A stretch of 64,000 bases of DNA from an uncultured Gammaproteobacteria bacterium (GTDB lineage: Bacteria; Patescibacteriota; Patescibacteriia; Magasanikbacterales; GWA2-37-8). Below the pieces are notes generated by a model. It did not search any database. It saw only the letters and a list, made by a program, of their open reading frames with translations, and was not told the DNA's origin. Below, one piece after another: positions 18,401 through 27,908 of the stretch (positions are counted from its first letter, which is position 1; every line of letters begins with the position of its first letter). The position numbers were made by a program, and so were the translations under genes. The DNA is taken from NCBI GenBank assembly GCA_964510885.1, contig CAZEDL010000001.1:64684-128683 (forward strand), given 5' to 3'.

Positions 18401-18883
18401 CTACTCAGGCCGGTCAGACCAGCACATCACCGACCACGTCGGCTGGATCGGATTCATGTAGCAGTACAGCTGCAGCCGAATTGTGTTGCCGCTCTCGCTA
18501 ATGGGCATGGCCCGGAGAGCACTGCGCTCGTCACAGGTATAGACGGTATTATCCCCAGTCACGACCTCAGCGTACTGCAACGAGCAGGCCAGCTCGTCCC
18601 TTCTGAAGTCGAATTTCGCGCCATAACCGTTGAATCTTCCACCCTCTCGCCTGCACTTTTCAGGAGTAATCTCCTCACAGTCTATGGTGTCGTAACAGAG
18701 CCAGATCCTTTGCTGATTTGCCGCGCCCTCCAAATGGCTCCAGAGCATGTTATCGCAGTCGACGCTGCGCGGCTTAGCCATATCGGCAACCGAATCCGCC
18801 ATGTCAACCCCCTCCTCTTGCGATGGTCGCAGGCTAGGGGCGCAACCCAGAAGAAAGATCATCGTGATAGAGCATGTTTTCAT
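18401..18883 (-). CDS. Cys-rich lipoprotein, high-GC islet 1
   Basis: Lipobox signal MKTCSITMIFLLGCAPS. Perfect SD aaggag 7 nt upstream. Local GC ~58-60% versus ~47% in neighbours. Confidence 0.5.
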   Translation of the reverse strand: MKTCSITMIFLLGCAPSLRPSQEEGVDMADSVADMAKPRSVDCDNMLWSHLEGAANQQRIWLCYDTIDCEEITPEKCRREGGRFNGYGAKFDFRRDELACSLQYAEVVTGDNTVYTCDERSALRAMPISESGNTIRLQLYCYMNPIQPTWSVMCWSDRPE

Positions 18884-19240
18884 CAGAGTCTCCTTGGTTT
18901 TTGCGAGTCAGACTGCTTTTACCATCAAGCACAGATTTATGCCGAAGGCAATAGCGGCCTTTCGCAGAAAAAATTTATATCACAAATTTAGTATTACGTA
19001 AATACATTTTTACAAAATACACATATTGATGTGGATAAACTTCTTGTCGCACCTTTTTCAATCGGTTATTATCAGATAAAATATAAAAATTCCAATGCTG
19101 ACAATTTTTGAAAAAAGTAAAAAATATTTTTTATTTATTACAACCATCTAATCCCGGACTTATCGGGATTTTTTTGACACCATATCTAATTAGTCTGTGT
19201 AAATAATCCATACATGTTTATTTTTAATATAGAGTGTCAT

Positions 19241-20254
19241 ATGTCCAAAATAATAGCCGAATATATCTGGCTTGATGGTGCCAAACCCACCGCTCAGCTA
19301 CGTTCTAAAACAAAAATCATCGAAGGTCATGTATCTTCACTTCTCGATATCCCCGAATGGGGATTTGACGGATCGAGCACTCAGCAAGCCGCTGGGCATT
19401 CGAGTGACTGCCTCCTGCGCCCGGTTCACTTTGTGAAAGATCCAATCCGGGGCGAACCTCACATTTTAGTGATGTGCGAAGTCTTCACCGCCGATGGCAG
19501 CGTCCACCCCACTAACACCCGGGCTCGTCTACGCGAAGTTAACGAACGCTTTGCCCACGAAGAATCATGGTTCGGCATTGAACAAGAATATGTCCTGATG
19601 CAGGCCGGTAAACCAGCAGGCTGGCCAAGCAATGGCTTCCCCAAGCCACAGGGTGATTTTTATTGTGGAGTGGGGGAGGGTGCAGTCTCTGGGCGAGATC
19701 TGGTAGAAGCCCATATGCAGGCCTGCCTTGATGCTGGCCTCCGCTTCTGCGGTATTAATGCCGAAGTAATGCTCGGCCAATGGGAATTTCAGATTGGCCC
19801 CCTGCCACCACTGCAACTTAGTGATGAAATGTGGATTGCGCGCTGGCTTCTGCTCCGGCTCGGTGAAGATTACGGATATAGTGTATCGCTAGATCCCAAA
19901 CCGATAAAAGGCGACTGGAATGGCTCCGGTGGTCATACTAACTTTAGCACCAAAGCTATGCGCTCTCCTGGCGGTATGCAGGCCATTGAAGCCGCCTGCA
20001 AGAAATTTGGCGAGCGCCACCAGGCGCATATCGAAGTATACGGTGCCAATAACCACGAACGCCTCACCGGCAAACATGAAACTTGTGGTATTAATGAATT
20101 TAAGTATGGCGTGAGTCACCGCGGCGCCTCAATCCGGATCCCCATGGCGAGCGCCAACAATGGGTATGGGTATCTAGAGGATCGCCGCCCGGCGGCCAAT
20201 GCTGATCCGTATCAGGTGTGTGCCATTATAGTCGAGACAGCGTGCCGAAATTAG
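19241..20254 (+). CDS. glnII: glutamine synthetase type II
   Basis: N-terminal EYIWLDG signature of GSII, ~340 aa, conserved catalytic C-terminal half. Confidence 0.8.
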   Translation: MSKIIAEYIWLDGAKPTAQLRSKTKIIEGHVSSLLDIPEWGFDGSSTQQAAGHSSDCLLRPVHFVKDPIRGEPHILVMCEVFTADGSVHPTNTRARLREVNERFAHEESWFGIEQEYVLMQAGKPAGWPSNGFPKPQGDFYCGVGEGAVSGRDLVEAHMQACLDAGLRFCGINAEVMLGQWEFQIGPLPPLQLSDEMWIARWLLLRLGEDYGYSVSLDPKPIKGDWNGSGGHTNFSTKAMRSPGGMQAIEAACKKFGERHQAHIEVYGANNHERLTGKHETCGINEFKYGVSHRGASIRIPMASANNGYGYLEDRRPAANADPYQVCAIIVETACRN

Positions 20255-20265
20255 ATAGTAAAAAA

Positions 20266-20300
20266 TAAAAAACAGCACCTAAAATAAAGTGCTGTTTTTT
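20266..20300. terminator. bidirectional intrinsic terminator
   Basis: aaaaaacagcac-ctaaaataaa-gtgctgtttttt. Confidence 0.55.
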
Positions 20301-20436
20301 AATATTTCTTCGAGAAGCATCTTATCATTCCAATATGTATTTTGGAACGATAAGATGGACAGCTTCTCGAGAAAGAGGCGGCCCACCGTGTGGTGGCCGC
20401 GGCCGGTGTGGCAATGGTGGTTGATGGCAGAGAGGG

Positions 20437-21153
20437 CTAGGTCGCCGCGGATGCTGGGTAGATCACATCAATCAGCATCAGGAACACCGCTGCCTGCACG
20501 TCGCTTAAGCGGTTTTGTAGGCAAGCATTGCCCACCGCTGCGTAGCCGCTCGCGCGGCTGTCAATAGGGGCGGACTTGCTTTCGTCCTTGAACACTACGT
20601 GGTAGTGTCCTAGGCATGCCTGCAAGTAGGGCTGTCCAGGGACAAATACCACAAACAGACTCATCCTTGCCTCTGCAGAGGGCGCTGGGAAGGCCTCGCC
20701 CTCCGGGAGGCGCCTCGACGCCGCCACAGCGGCCATGTGAACTGCCTGCTCTTCAATGTCGATCAACCAGTGGTTAAAAAGCATCTCAAGGGTGGCCCTG
20801 ACTTCACTCTTGCGGAGCATCCGCGGCCCCTCCTCCTCCCCGAGCTGGAAATTGGCGAATGGCCCCTTGTCATCCTCGCCGATGAAGAGCTGGAAGACCG
20901 GCGGTGTTGTCATCGGCAGGTGGGTCGCCTGCTCGACAGCCGCACGCAGTTCACCCGCGTTGGCCTCATCGATAACCCTGTGCTGCAGCAAGAAATCCAC
21001 CCAAAGCGTGCCGGCCCGGCGCGACTTCACGGGGACCCCGTTCTCGGGATCACCGTCCGGCACCAGAAAGGCTGTGTGCCGGCCTCCTTCGCTGCTTTTC
21101 ACCAACGAGAAGCGGGTCTGAGCGCTACTATCACCTTTCGTTTTAGCGAACAT
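20437..21153 (-). CDS. hypothetical cytoplasmic protein, high-GC islet 2
   Basis: ATG at 21151-21153 (reverse strand) with SD aaggag 6 nt upstream. ~60% GC. Shadow ORFs on the plus strand were rejected. Confidence 0.5.
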   Translation of the reverse strand: MFAKTKGDSSAQTRFSLVKSSEGGRHTAFLVPDGDPENGVPVKSRRAGTLWVDFLLQHRVIDEANAGELRAAVEQATHLPMTTPPVFQLFIGEDDKGPFANFQLGEEEGPRMLRKSEVRATLEMLFNHWLIDIEEQAVHMAAVAASRRLPEGEAFPAPSAEARMSLFVVFVPGQPYLQACLGHYHVVFKDESKSAPIDSRASGYAAVGNACLQNRLSDVQAAVFLMLIDVIYPASAAT

Positions 21154-21450
21154 CGGCACTCCTTCTTTATGAGGCGCTATACCACCTGTCTTATTCGTTT
21201 GTACCTACAAACGGGCTAGGTGGGTGCACGCTTTATTCGTCTAAATACAAACAAAATGCGCTCCAACCTAGTCTTTTATTTAAAAGTGAATTCGAACCTA
21301 TTCAAAACAAGAGATCTTATTATAAAAAATTAAGCCTGTCAAGGTATGCTAGATGAGCATTCTTTTAAAAAACCCCCTGACGATTCTTCATAAAACTTTT
21401 AACAGACTGCGGTTGTTATAATTTCCATCTCCTGTTACTATGATGTCGCT

Positions 21451-22113
21451 ATGCACCAACAAACATTCACCAGCCAAACTGATTTTATCACCGCCGCTCT
21501 GTCGGAAGTAAAAAAATCTATTTCGGCAGCGGAAGAAACCTGCTTTATTGCTCTATCCGGCGGCCAAACACCTTTGCCTGTCTACGCTGCCCTCAATCCC
21601 GAAGATGTCACTCGGGCTGAATTTTTTCTCGCCGACGAACGCTGTATGCCACTCGATGATAAAGATTCAAATTACCGCGCGATTCGTGAAGTGTTGCCCG
21701 AAGAAGCAATCCTCCAACCAATCGATACCGCACTCCCTCCAGCCGAAGCAGCGCTAGCGTATTCGCAGGAAATAGATGTTGTACCAAATAGCCGGTTTGA
21801 TTTAATTATTCTCGGCCTCGGCCAAGATGGCCACACCGCATCGCTATTTCCAAATGATGTTACCGCTCACGAATCTCTGGGCACCGTGATCCCGACTCTC
21901 AACCCTTCCGCTCCACATCCGCCTGTGCGAGAGCGGGTCACCCTTACCTTCAACACCATCCTAAAAGCTAAAAAATTATTACTTCTCATAAGCGGCGCTG
22001 AAAAAGCCGCTGCTGTAGAAGAATTAGTGCACGGATCAAAAACACCTCTCGAATTTCCCGCTAAGCGGTTATTGGGACATCCGCAATTAAAGATTCATTT
22101 TTTAAAAAAGTAA
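21451..22113 (+). CDS. pgl: 6-phosphogluconolactonase
   Basis: IALSGGQTP and LGLGQDGHTASLFPN signatures. Confidence 0.8.
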   Translation: MHQQTFTSQTDFITAALSEVKKSISAAEETCFIALSGGQTPLPVYAALNPEDVTRAEFFLADERCMPLDDKDSNYRAIREVLPEEAILQPIDTALPPAEAALAYSQEIDVVPNSRFDLIILGLGQDGHTASLFPNDVTAHESLGTVIPTLNPSAPHPPVRERVTLTFNTILKAKKLLLLISGAEKAAAVEELVHGSKTPLEFPAKRLLGHPQLKIHFLKK

Positions 22114-22183
22114 ATAGTAAACAGATAACAGTAAATAGAAAAATGTTGACTCTATTGTCTGTTGTCTATTTACTGTTGTCTAT

Positions 22184-23164
22184 ATGCAGACCAATTTCTG
22201 GAAAACCCTCCCCAAACCCTTCTTCTGCCTCGCCCCCATGGCCAATGTTACCGATGCTGCCTTTCGCCGGATCATTGCCAAATATGGGAAGCCTGACGTC
22301 ACCTGGACAGAATTTGTCTCTGCCACCGGCCTCTGTTCTCCAGGCAAAGACGTACTTCTGACCGATTTTTGGTATACTGAATCAGAACGCCCGATTGTAG
22401 CCCAAATTTTTGGTTCCACTCCCGAACATTATTATCAGGCCGCTCTATTGATTCAAGAGCTTGGGTTTGATGGTATCGATATCAACATGGGCTGCCCCGA
22501 TAAGAGTGTCAGTTGCAAGCAAGGCTCGGGTGCTGGCCTCATCCTCGAACCCAAACTCGCCCAAGAAATTATTAAGGAAACCAAACGCGGGGCAGGCCCG
22601 CTGCCCGTTTCCGTAAAGACACGATTGGGGTATAATGTGAACGTCCTTGATACTTGGCTGCCGAATTTACTCGAAACTGAGCCAGCTGCCATTACCCTGC
22701 ATTGCCGAACTAAAAAAGAATTATCGCTCGTGCCAGCTCATTGGGAAGAAGTTGGTAAAGCCGCAGCCATTCGCGATAAGTACGATAGCTCAGAAAATAA
22801 AACCCTCATCATTGGCAACGGTGATGTCAAAGACAGAGCCGAAGGTGAAGCTAGAGTTCGTGAAACTGGGTGCGACGGCATTATGATCGGACGGGGAATT
22901 TTTGGTACCCCCTGGCTTTTCAACAAAGACCGCGACTACAAAACCATCAACCGAGACGAAAAGTTAAGAGTCCTAGCTGAGCATACTAAATTATTTGAAG
23001 AGCTCTTCCACGATAAAAAAGGCTTTGACGTGATGAAAAAACATTTTAAAGCGTACGTAAACGGGTTTGACGGCGCCAAAGAATTACGAATCAAACTCAT
23101 GGAGTGCCACACTGCTGCCGAGGTCGAAGCAATTATTGCTGAACATAATTTTGATAATTTTTAA
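22184..23164 (+). CDS. dus: tRNA-dihydrouridine synthase
   Basis: FCLAPMANVTDAAFRRI, IAQIFGS and DGIDINMGCP motifs. Confidence 0.85.
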   Translation: MQTNFWKTLPKPFFCLAPMANVTDAAFRRIIAKYGKPDVTWTEFVSATGLCSPGKDVLLTDFWYTESERPIVAQIFGSTPEHYYQAALLIQELGFDGIDINMGCPDKSVSCKQGSGAGLILEPKLAQEIIKETKRGAGPLPVSVKTRLGYNVNVLDTWLPNLLETEPAAITLHCRTKKELSLVPAHWEEVGKAAAIRDKYDSSENKTLIIGNGDVKDRAEGEARVRETGCDGIMIGRGIFGTPWLFNKDRDYKTINRDEKLRVLAEHTKLFEELFHDKKGFDVMKKHFKAYVNGFDGAKELRIKLMECHTAAEVEAIIAEHNFDNF

Positions 23165-23173
23165 TTACTACCT

Positions 23174-23527
23174 ATGGTCGACATCCAAGAAATTTTTAGC
23201 CGCATGCAAATTGCCAAAAAAAAGCAGAAAGACCTGAAAACAACCTACCGCGATGCCCTTAATAGCGCCGGTGAATATAAAGAAATTTTAGAAAAATTAA
23301 AGACGCTTCGCGAAAAGAAAAAACAAATCGAAACGGCGGTAAAGGCTCAGTTTTCTGGTGAGTTTAGCCAGCTCGATGCGATTAAAACCGACTTGGAATC
23401 AGACACTGTTTTACTGAGCGATGCCGCCATGACTCTACTTATGAAAGGGGAGCATGTTGAAGTGCAAGACGAATATCACAATGTCTACGACCCGGTATTT
23501 TTAGTAAAATTCAAAAAGGGTTCCTAA
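23174..23527 (+). CDS. hypothetical coiled-coil protein
   Basis: ORF track. Lys/Glu-rich N-terminal half. Confidence 0.4.
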   Translation: MVDIQEIFSRMQIAKKKQKDLKTTYRDALNSAGEYKEILEKLKTLREKKKQIETAVKAQFSGEFSQLDAIKTDLESDTVLLSDAAMTLLMKGEHVEVQDEYHNVYDPVFLVKFKKGS

Positions 23528-23549
23528 TTAATTTTTAACGGTACTTAGT

Positions 23550-24077
23550 ATGAATACAGACCAGCGTGCAATAATTATTGGGATCGCTGCCGTAGTATTA
23601 GTAGTTGGCGGCTATTTTGGTTGGAAAAAAATCTTAGTCAATCCGCCTCAACCTGCGGCTACTGCTAGCGAACAAGCTGCACCCTCGCCGGCCGATGTAA
23701 AATCTGCGTCCGAAGGTGCTGAAACTAGCGACGTCAACACGATGCCGTCTACAATCGATAAACAGCAGCCAGCCACACCTGTGACCAAAACAGCGTCCGG
23801 CCCACTGTCATATGAAGCGGCTCTCAATCTATACCGCCAAGCCGGGGGTTATTTTCAGCTTGTAAAATGCAGCGCCAGCCCGGGCATGATCAGTCTGAAA
23901 AGGGGAGTTAAATTTATGGTAGACAATCGAGACAAAACCCTACACCGTATTGGATTTGGGAAAGCCGCCTACACGGTAAAGGGCTATAGCTTCCTCATAC
24001 TCACCGCCACAGCCCCTGGCACTGTCACCTTAACCTGTGACGGCGGGGGAGCGGGCCAAGTAAATATCGAAGGATAA
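23550..24077 (+). CDS. membrane-anchored hypothetical protein
   Basis: N-terminal TM IIIGIAAVVLVVGGYFGW, Pro/Ala linker, C-terminal globular part. Confidence 0.4.
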   Translation: MNTDQRAIIIGIAAVVLVVGGYFGWKKILVNPPQPAATASEQAAPSPADVKSASEGAETSDVNTMPSTIDKQQPATPVTKTASGPLSYEAALNLYRQAGGYFQLVKCSASPGMISLKRGVKFMVDNRDKTLHRIGFGKAAYTVKGYSFLILTATAPGTVTLTCDGGGAGQVNIEG

Positions 24078-24085
24078 CGGGTGTA

Positions 24086-24114
24086 TTGACAACCAGGGCT
24101 TTTTGTGATATACT
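24086..24114 (+). promoter_or_regulatory. consensus sigma-70 promoter
   Basis: TTGACA at 24086-24091, 17-nt spacer, TATACT at 24109-24114. Lies 14 nt upstream of the zinc-ribbon gene. Confidence 0.5.
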
Positions 24115-24127
24115 AAGTACATAAAAT

Positions 24128-24571
24128 TTGGGCAACGGAGTATCACAAAGTTCCCAAACGTTATTCGCTAATCAGCCAAAAGCTGAAGCGGGAGGTCGAA
24201 CCTTAAACAACTCTCAAAAAACATTTTGGGAACATATACCAAGCAAAACTATGACTTTTGGTACCGATCGGCAAATGTACGATGTGGACATGACCTGCGC
24301 TAAATGCGGGGCTCACATCTCTCAGTTGCCTTTTCAACCGTCTGGTGATCGCCCGGTTTACTGTGTAGACTGTAACCGCGCTTTCCGTCAATCTCGCACG
24401 GGTGGTATGGGAGGCGGCATGAGCCGCGGCCCACGCGCTCCGCGCCAGATGTACAGCGTCAATTTGAGCTGTGCTAGCTGCGGAACCGGCATCACTCAGT
24501 TGCCTTTCCAGCCAACTGGTGACAAGCCAGTATATTGCCGAGACTGCATGCAGGCTCGCCGCAATGGCTAA
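24128..24571 (+). CDS. tandem zinc-ribbon protein with an internal duplication
   Basis: Two ~50-aa repeats, each C-x2-C...LPFQP[ST]GD[RK]PVYC-x-DC. Confidence 0.55.
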   Translation: MGNGVSQSSQTLFANQPKAEAGGRTLNNSQKTFWEHIPSKTMTFGTDRQMYDVDMTCAKCGAHISQLPFQPSGDRPVYCVDCNRAFRQSRTGGMGGGMSRGPRAPRQMYSVNLSCASCGTGITQLPFQPTGDKPVYCRDCMQARRNG

Positions 24572-24587
24572 ATTCTTCTCAGAATTT

Positions 24588-24622
24588 CAAACTCCTTCGC
24601 TTAACAGCGAGGGAGTTTTTTA
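24588..24622 (+). terminator. intrinsic terminator
   Basis: aaactccttcgc-ttaaca-gcgagggagtttttt. Confidence 0.55.
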
Positions 24623-24652
24623 TTACAAAGTGTAGCGAATAATCACCCCCAC

Positions 24653-24773
24653 TTGTCATTCTGATCCGCCCCAGGCGGAGAAGGATTCCGTAAAGTCAAA
24701 CTCTTGCTGAAGTCAGCGCTAAGGGATTCCCCCAAAGGGGCCGCTTTGCGGTTCGTTTCACTCAGAATGACAG
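24653..24773. repeat. MITE-like nested palindromic repeat element (GTCATTC...GAATCC family), copy 1
   Basis: Left arm GTCATTCTGA[tccgccccaggcggag]AAGGATTCC. Right arm GGGATTC[ccccaaaggggccgctttgcgg]TTCGTTTCACTCAGAATGACAG, shared with the element at 36419-36447. Confidence 0.6.
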
Positions 24774-24842
24774 TTATTCACCACGGCTAACACTTGATTT
24801 ATTTATATTTTTCGCTATAATAAGCCTAATTAAGATAATAGG

Positions 24843-25946
24843 ATGTCAAAATCGCTTTCCCAAATTAAAGTACTCGTCGCCCTCTCCGGTGGCGTCGACT
24901 CAGCAGTCGCCGCTGCGTTGTTAGTAGAGGCCGGCTATGCCGTGACTGGGGCCTACATGGTCAATTATGACGGCCAAACGAACCAAGGTGAATCTTGCTG
25001 GGTGCCCGATTACCAGGATGCAGCGAGAGTTGCCGCCAGTCTCGGCATCAAGCTTCTTAAATTCGACTTTACCAAAGAATACAAAGAAGCTGTTCTAGAT
25101 CACATGTTTAGCGAATATGAAGCCGGCCGCACCCCAAATCCAGATGTGCTCTGTAATAAATATGTAAAATTTGGGGCGTGGCTGAGTAAAGCCCGCGAGC
25201 TTGGTTTTAGTTATCTGGCGACCGGCCACTATGCCCGGGTAAGCCACGAAGGCCCCGCCCGCCTACTCGAAGCGGCTGACAAAAACAAAGATCAGACCTA
25301 TTTTTTGCATCAATTAACCTCAGAACAACTAGGCAGCGTACTGTTCCCAATTGGCGATTACACCAAACCAGACGTTCGTGAGCTTGCCAAAAAATATAAC
25401 CTGCCGGTGGCAGATAAAGCCGAAAGCATGGGGATTTGCTTTATCGGCGAAGTGCCGATGAAAGAATTTTTGCAAACTCGCATCAAACCTCAGCCTGGAA
25501 ATATTATTTTTTCAGATGGCACAATAATTGGGCAACATGAAGGTCTCGCTTTTTATACTATCGGCCAGCGACAAGGTTTATCGCTTAGCCATAAACCTGA
25601 CGTAGAGAAGTCAGAGCACGCAAATAGCCATACCAAACCATTGTACGTAGTTGCAAAAGAGTTAGCGACGAACTCGCTTGTTGTCGGTTTTGAGTCTGAT
25701 CCATTGCTGTATCGAGTGCTCATCCCGCTTGAAAAAGTTCATTTTATAAATAGACAACCGGCCGCTTTTCCATTACAATGCCAGGTACGTTTTCGCCACC
25801 GCGAAGCTCTTCAAGAATGCATAGTTACCGAAGATTCACAGGCTATTGAAGTTCGTTGCCAAAATCCCGAACGTGCCGCGACTCCCGGCCAATATGCCGT
25901 CTTTTACAAATCCGGCGAGTGCCTCGGTGGAGGAATTATTAACTAA
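24843..25946 (+). CDS. mnmA: tRNA-specific 2-thiouridylase
   Basis: PP-loop VALSGGVDSAV, CNKYVKFG motif, full length of 367 aa. Confidence 0.85.
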   Translation: MSKSLSQIKVLVALSGGVDSAVAAALLVEAGYAVTGAYMVNYDGQTNQGESCWVPDYQDAARVAASLGIKLLKFDFTKEYKEAVLDHMFSEYEAGRTPNPDVLCNKYVKFGAWLSKARELGFSYLATGHYARVSHEGPARLLEAADKNKDQTYFLHQLTSEQLGSVLFPIGDYTKPDVRELAKKYNLPVADKAESMGICFIGEVPMKEFLQTRIKPQPGNIIFSDGTIIGQHEGLAFYTIGQRQGLSLSHKPDVEKSEHANSHTKPLYVVAKELATNSLVVGFESDPLLYRVLIPLEKVHFINRQPAAFPLQCQVRFRHREALQECIVTEDSQAIEVRCQNPERAATPGQYAVFYKSGECLGGGIIN

Positions 25947-25953
25947 TACTGGT

Positions 25954-27903
25954 ATGCTGCAGTCACTGTTCAAACAGCCTTTTTTTTCTTCACGCGGCGC
26001 GCGTCTTATTACCCTGCTATACACAGCGCTCGTTGCTATTAGTTATGATGTGTTATTCTGGAATAAGACCTATGGACTGAACGTGCTAATTTTTGCGGCG
26101 TTCAGTGTCGCGGGATGTTGCCTGCTCTTATCAGCTCGAAATATAAAAATAACTAAATGGGCCCTACTTTTCATAATCCCATTGGCCGCGTTTTCAATCG
26201 CAACTTTATTTTACAGCAATGAACTGCTCAGCACGTTTAGTCTATTCGCGGTTATTGTGTCGTTATTAGCTTTTGGGTTAATTTCCAGCCTGATCCCGAA
26301 CGGACAACCATTTCGAATTCTCTCTATTCCTTTTTTGCGCCAGCCAGATCAGCCGTTTGAAGAGTGGGGTGCAATGTACCGTGATCTGTTACGGCCTTCC
26401 GAAACAGATTCCAAGCCAATTTATCGTCAAATTGTTTGGGGTCTCCTGATTGCTGTGCCGTTACTGGCTATTTTTACAGCTCTGTTTGCGTCTGCTGATG
26501 CCGTGTTCAGCGGCTGGATTGCCAATATAACGCATTTCAAAATTGATGCCAGCCTGCTTTGGCGTATAGTCCGCACGCTGGGCGTAGCCTGGTTTTTAGG
26601 CGGGGCACTATACGTAGCTTTTCGGCCGACCTATTCACTGGCTACACCGCTCAAAGGAACCAAGCCGCTTGAGGCAGTTGTCTCAGGTATCGTTTTACTG
26701 CTTATTAATTTATTATTCCTTGCTTTCATCAGTATCCAGCTCCGCTATTTATTTGGTGACTCAACCTTTGTATTGCAAAACAATCTCACATTTGCGGAAT
26801 ATGCGCGCCAAGGTTTTTTCCAATTAGTGGCAGTAATGAGCCTCTCAACCCTGCTTATTTTAGCCGCCAATCGTTCCTACTCGCACCATGGGCGTCCGGT
26901 CTGGTTGGCAGCACTCAAGCTTTTGCTCCTTTCTCAGGTAGTAGTAATTGGTATCTCCGCTCTAAAGCGTATGCACCTCTATCAGGAAGCCTACGGTTTT
27001 ACCGTGCTGCGCCTATATGTAGAATGGTTTATTTATTTCCTATTCATTGCTGCGGCAGTAATTGCTATGGCGGTCATGGTACGAAAAATTTCCTTTGCCC
27101 GCTTAGTGCACGCCCTATTAGCACTGAGCATTCTGGCAGTAGTCGAGGTATCACTGGCAAATGTTGATGGACTGATTGCTGCTCAGAATGTTAATCGTTT
27201 TCTTAAAGAGAATAAATCAATTGACACATCGTACTTACGGCAATTATCACTAGATGTCGTGCCGAGCAGCTTGCAAGTTCTTAATGATAGCGGCAAACTT
27301 GCCACACTTGATTTGCGAGACAAAGCTAATCTCTATGAAATTATAAAACAGGCTGAAGAAAAACTGGTAAAGCGCACGAACTGGCGCGAATACCACACCG
27401 GTGACGCTGCACTTCTAAATCAAATAGCCATCGCTAAAAAAAATCCAGCCTTTAATATTTTGCAAGCAGCAGCTGATAAACAAATAGACTTTAATAAAAT
27501 TAAAAACAAATTATTAACCTACGAAAACCAAGTTTTATCTCTCTGTAAAGAGCTCGGCGTAGATGGAATCGTATTTGATGCTAATTCTAACTCCTGTATC
27601 TATACCTATCCTGATCAAAAGATACATCTATTCGAAACTGCTGGTACTTCTAATAGTGCAAACCAACCAATTACCACATACCACTACTCAATTTACCAAA
27701 GATTCTTTAATAACAAGCCAGCCGTTAAATTATTTGAACAAACCTTTGTTCAAGAAGCTGTAATGTCTAGTACCACCTTTAATTATATACTAGAGCGCAA
27801 CGGCAACGTTGCCGCAATCAATCCTCAAACGCTCGAGGCCTACGAATATTCACCGCACGAGGATAATGGTAAAATTATTTTAGTTAAAAATCTGTTGCAA
27901 TAG
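25954..27903 (+). CDS. large polytopic membrane protein with C-terminal soluble domain, unknown function
   Basis: ~10 TM helices in the first 400 aa. Start placed at the first ATG after the mnmA stop (the ORF track opens earlier at 25846). Confidence 0.5.
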   Translation: MLQSLFKQPFFSSRGARLITLLYTALVAISYDVLFWNKTYGLNVLIFAAFSVAGCCLLLSARNIKITKWALLFIIPLAAFSIATLFYSNELLSTFSLFAVIVSLLAFGLISSLIPNGQPFRILSIPFLRQPDQPFEEWGAMYRDLLRPSETDSKPIYRQIVWGLLIAVPLLAIFTALFASADAVFSGWIANITHFKIDASLLWRIVRTLGVAWFLGGALYVAFRPTYSLATPLKGTKPLEAVVSGIVLLLINLLFLAFISIQLRYLFGDSTFVLQNNLTFAEYARQGFFQLVAVMSLSTLLILAANRSYSHHGRPVWLAALKLLLLSQVVVIGISALKRMHLYQEAYGFTVLRLYVEWFIYFLFIAAAVIAMAVMVRKISFARLVHALLALSILAVVEVSLANVDGLIAAQNVNRFLKENKSIDTSYLRQLSLDVVPSSLQVLNDSGKLATLDLRDKANLYEIIKQAEEKLVKRTNWREYHTGDAALLNQIAIAKKNPAFNILQAAADKQIDFNKIKNKLLTYENQVLSLCKELGVDGIVFDANSNSCIYTYPDQKIHLFETAGTSNSANQPITTYHYSIYQRFFNNKPAVKLFEQTFVQEAVMSSTTFNYILERNGNVAAINPQTLEAYEYSPHEDNGKIILVKNLLQ

Positions 27904-27908
27904 ATTGT

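Noticed and set aside
20737-21219. Plus-strand ORFs 20737-21219 and 20756-21121 (160 and 121 aa) overlapping the high-GC gene
   Set aside because: They are antisense shadow ORFs, as expected in ~60% GC DNA. The minus-strand frame has a canonical AGGAGG-ATG start and a more protein-like composition.
21160-21450. TTCGAAC-containing segment at ~21288 as a possible tRNA or att repeat of the tRNA-Asn 3' end
   Set aside because: Only ~9 of 12 positions match the T-arm and there is no cloverleaf. Several unrelated genes separate it from the element, so it is a chance similarity.
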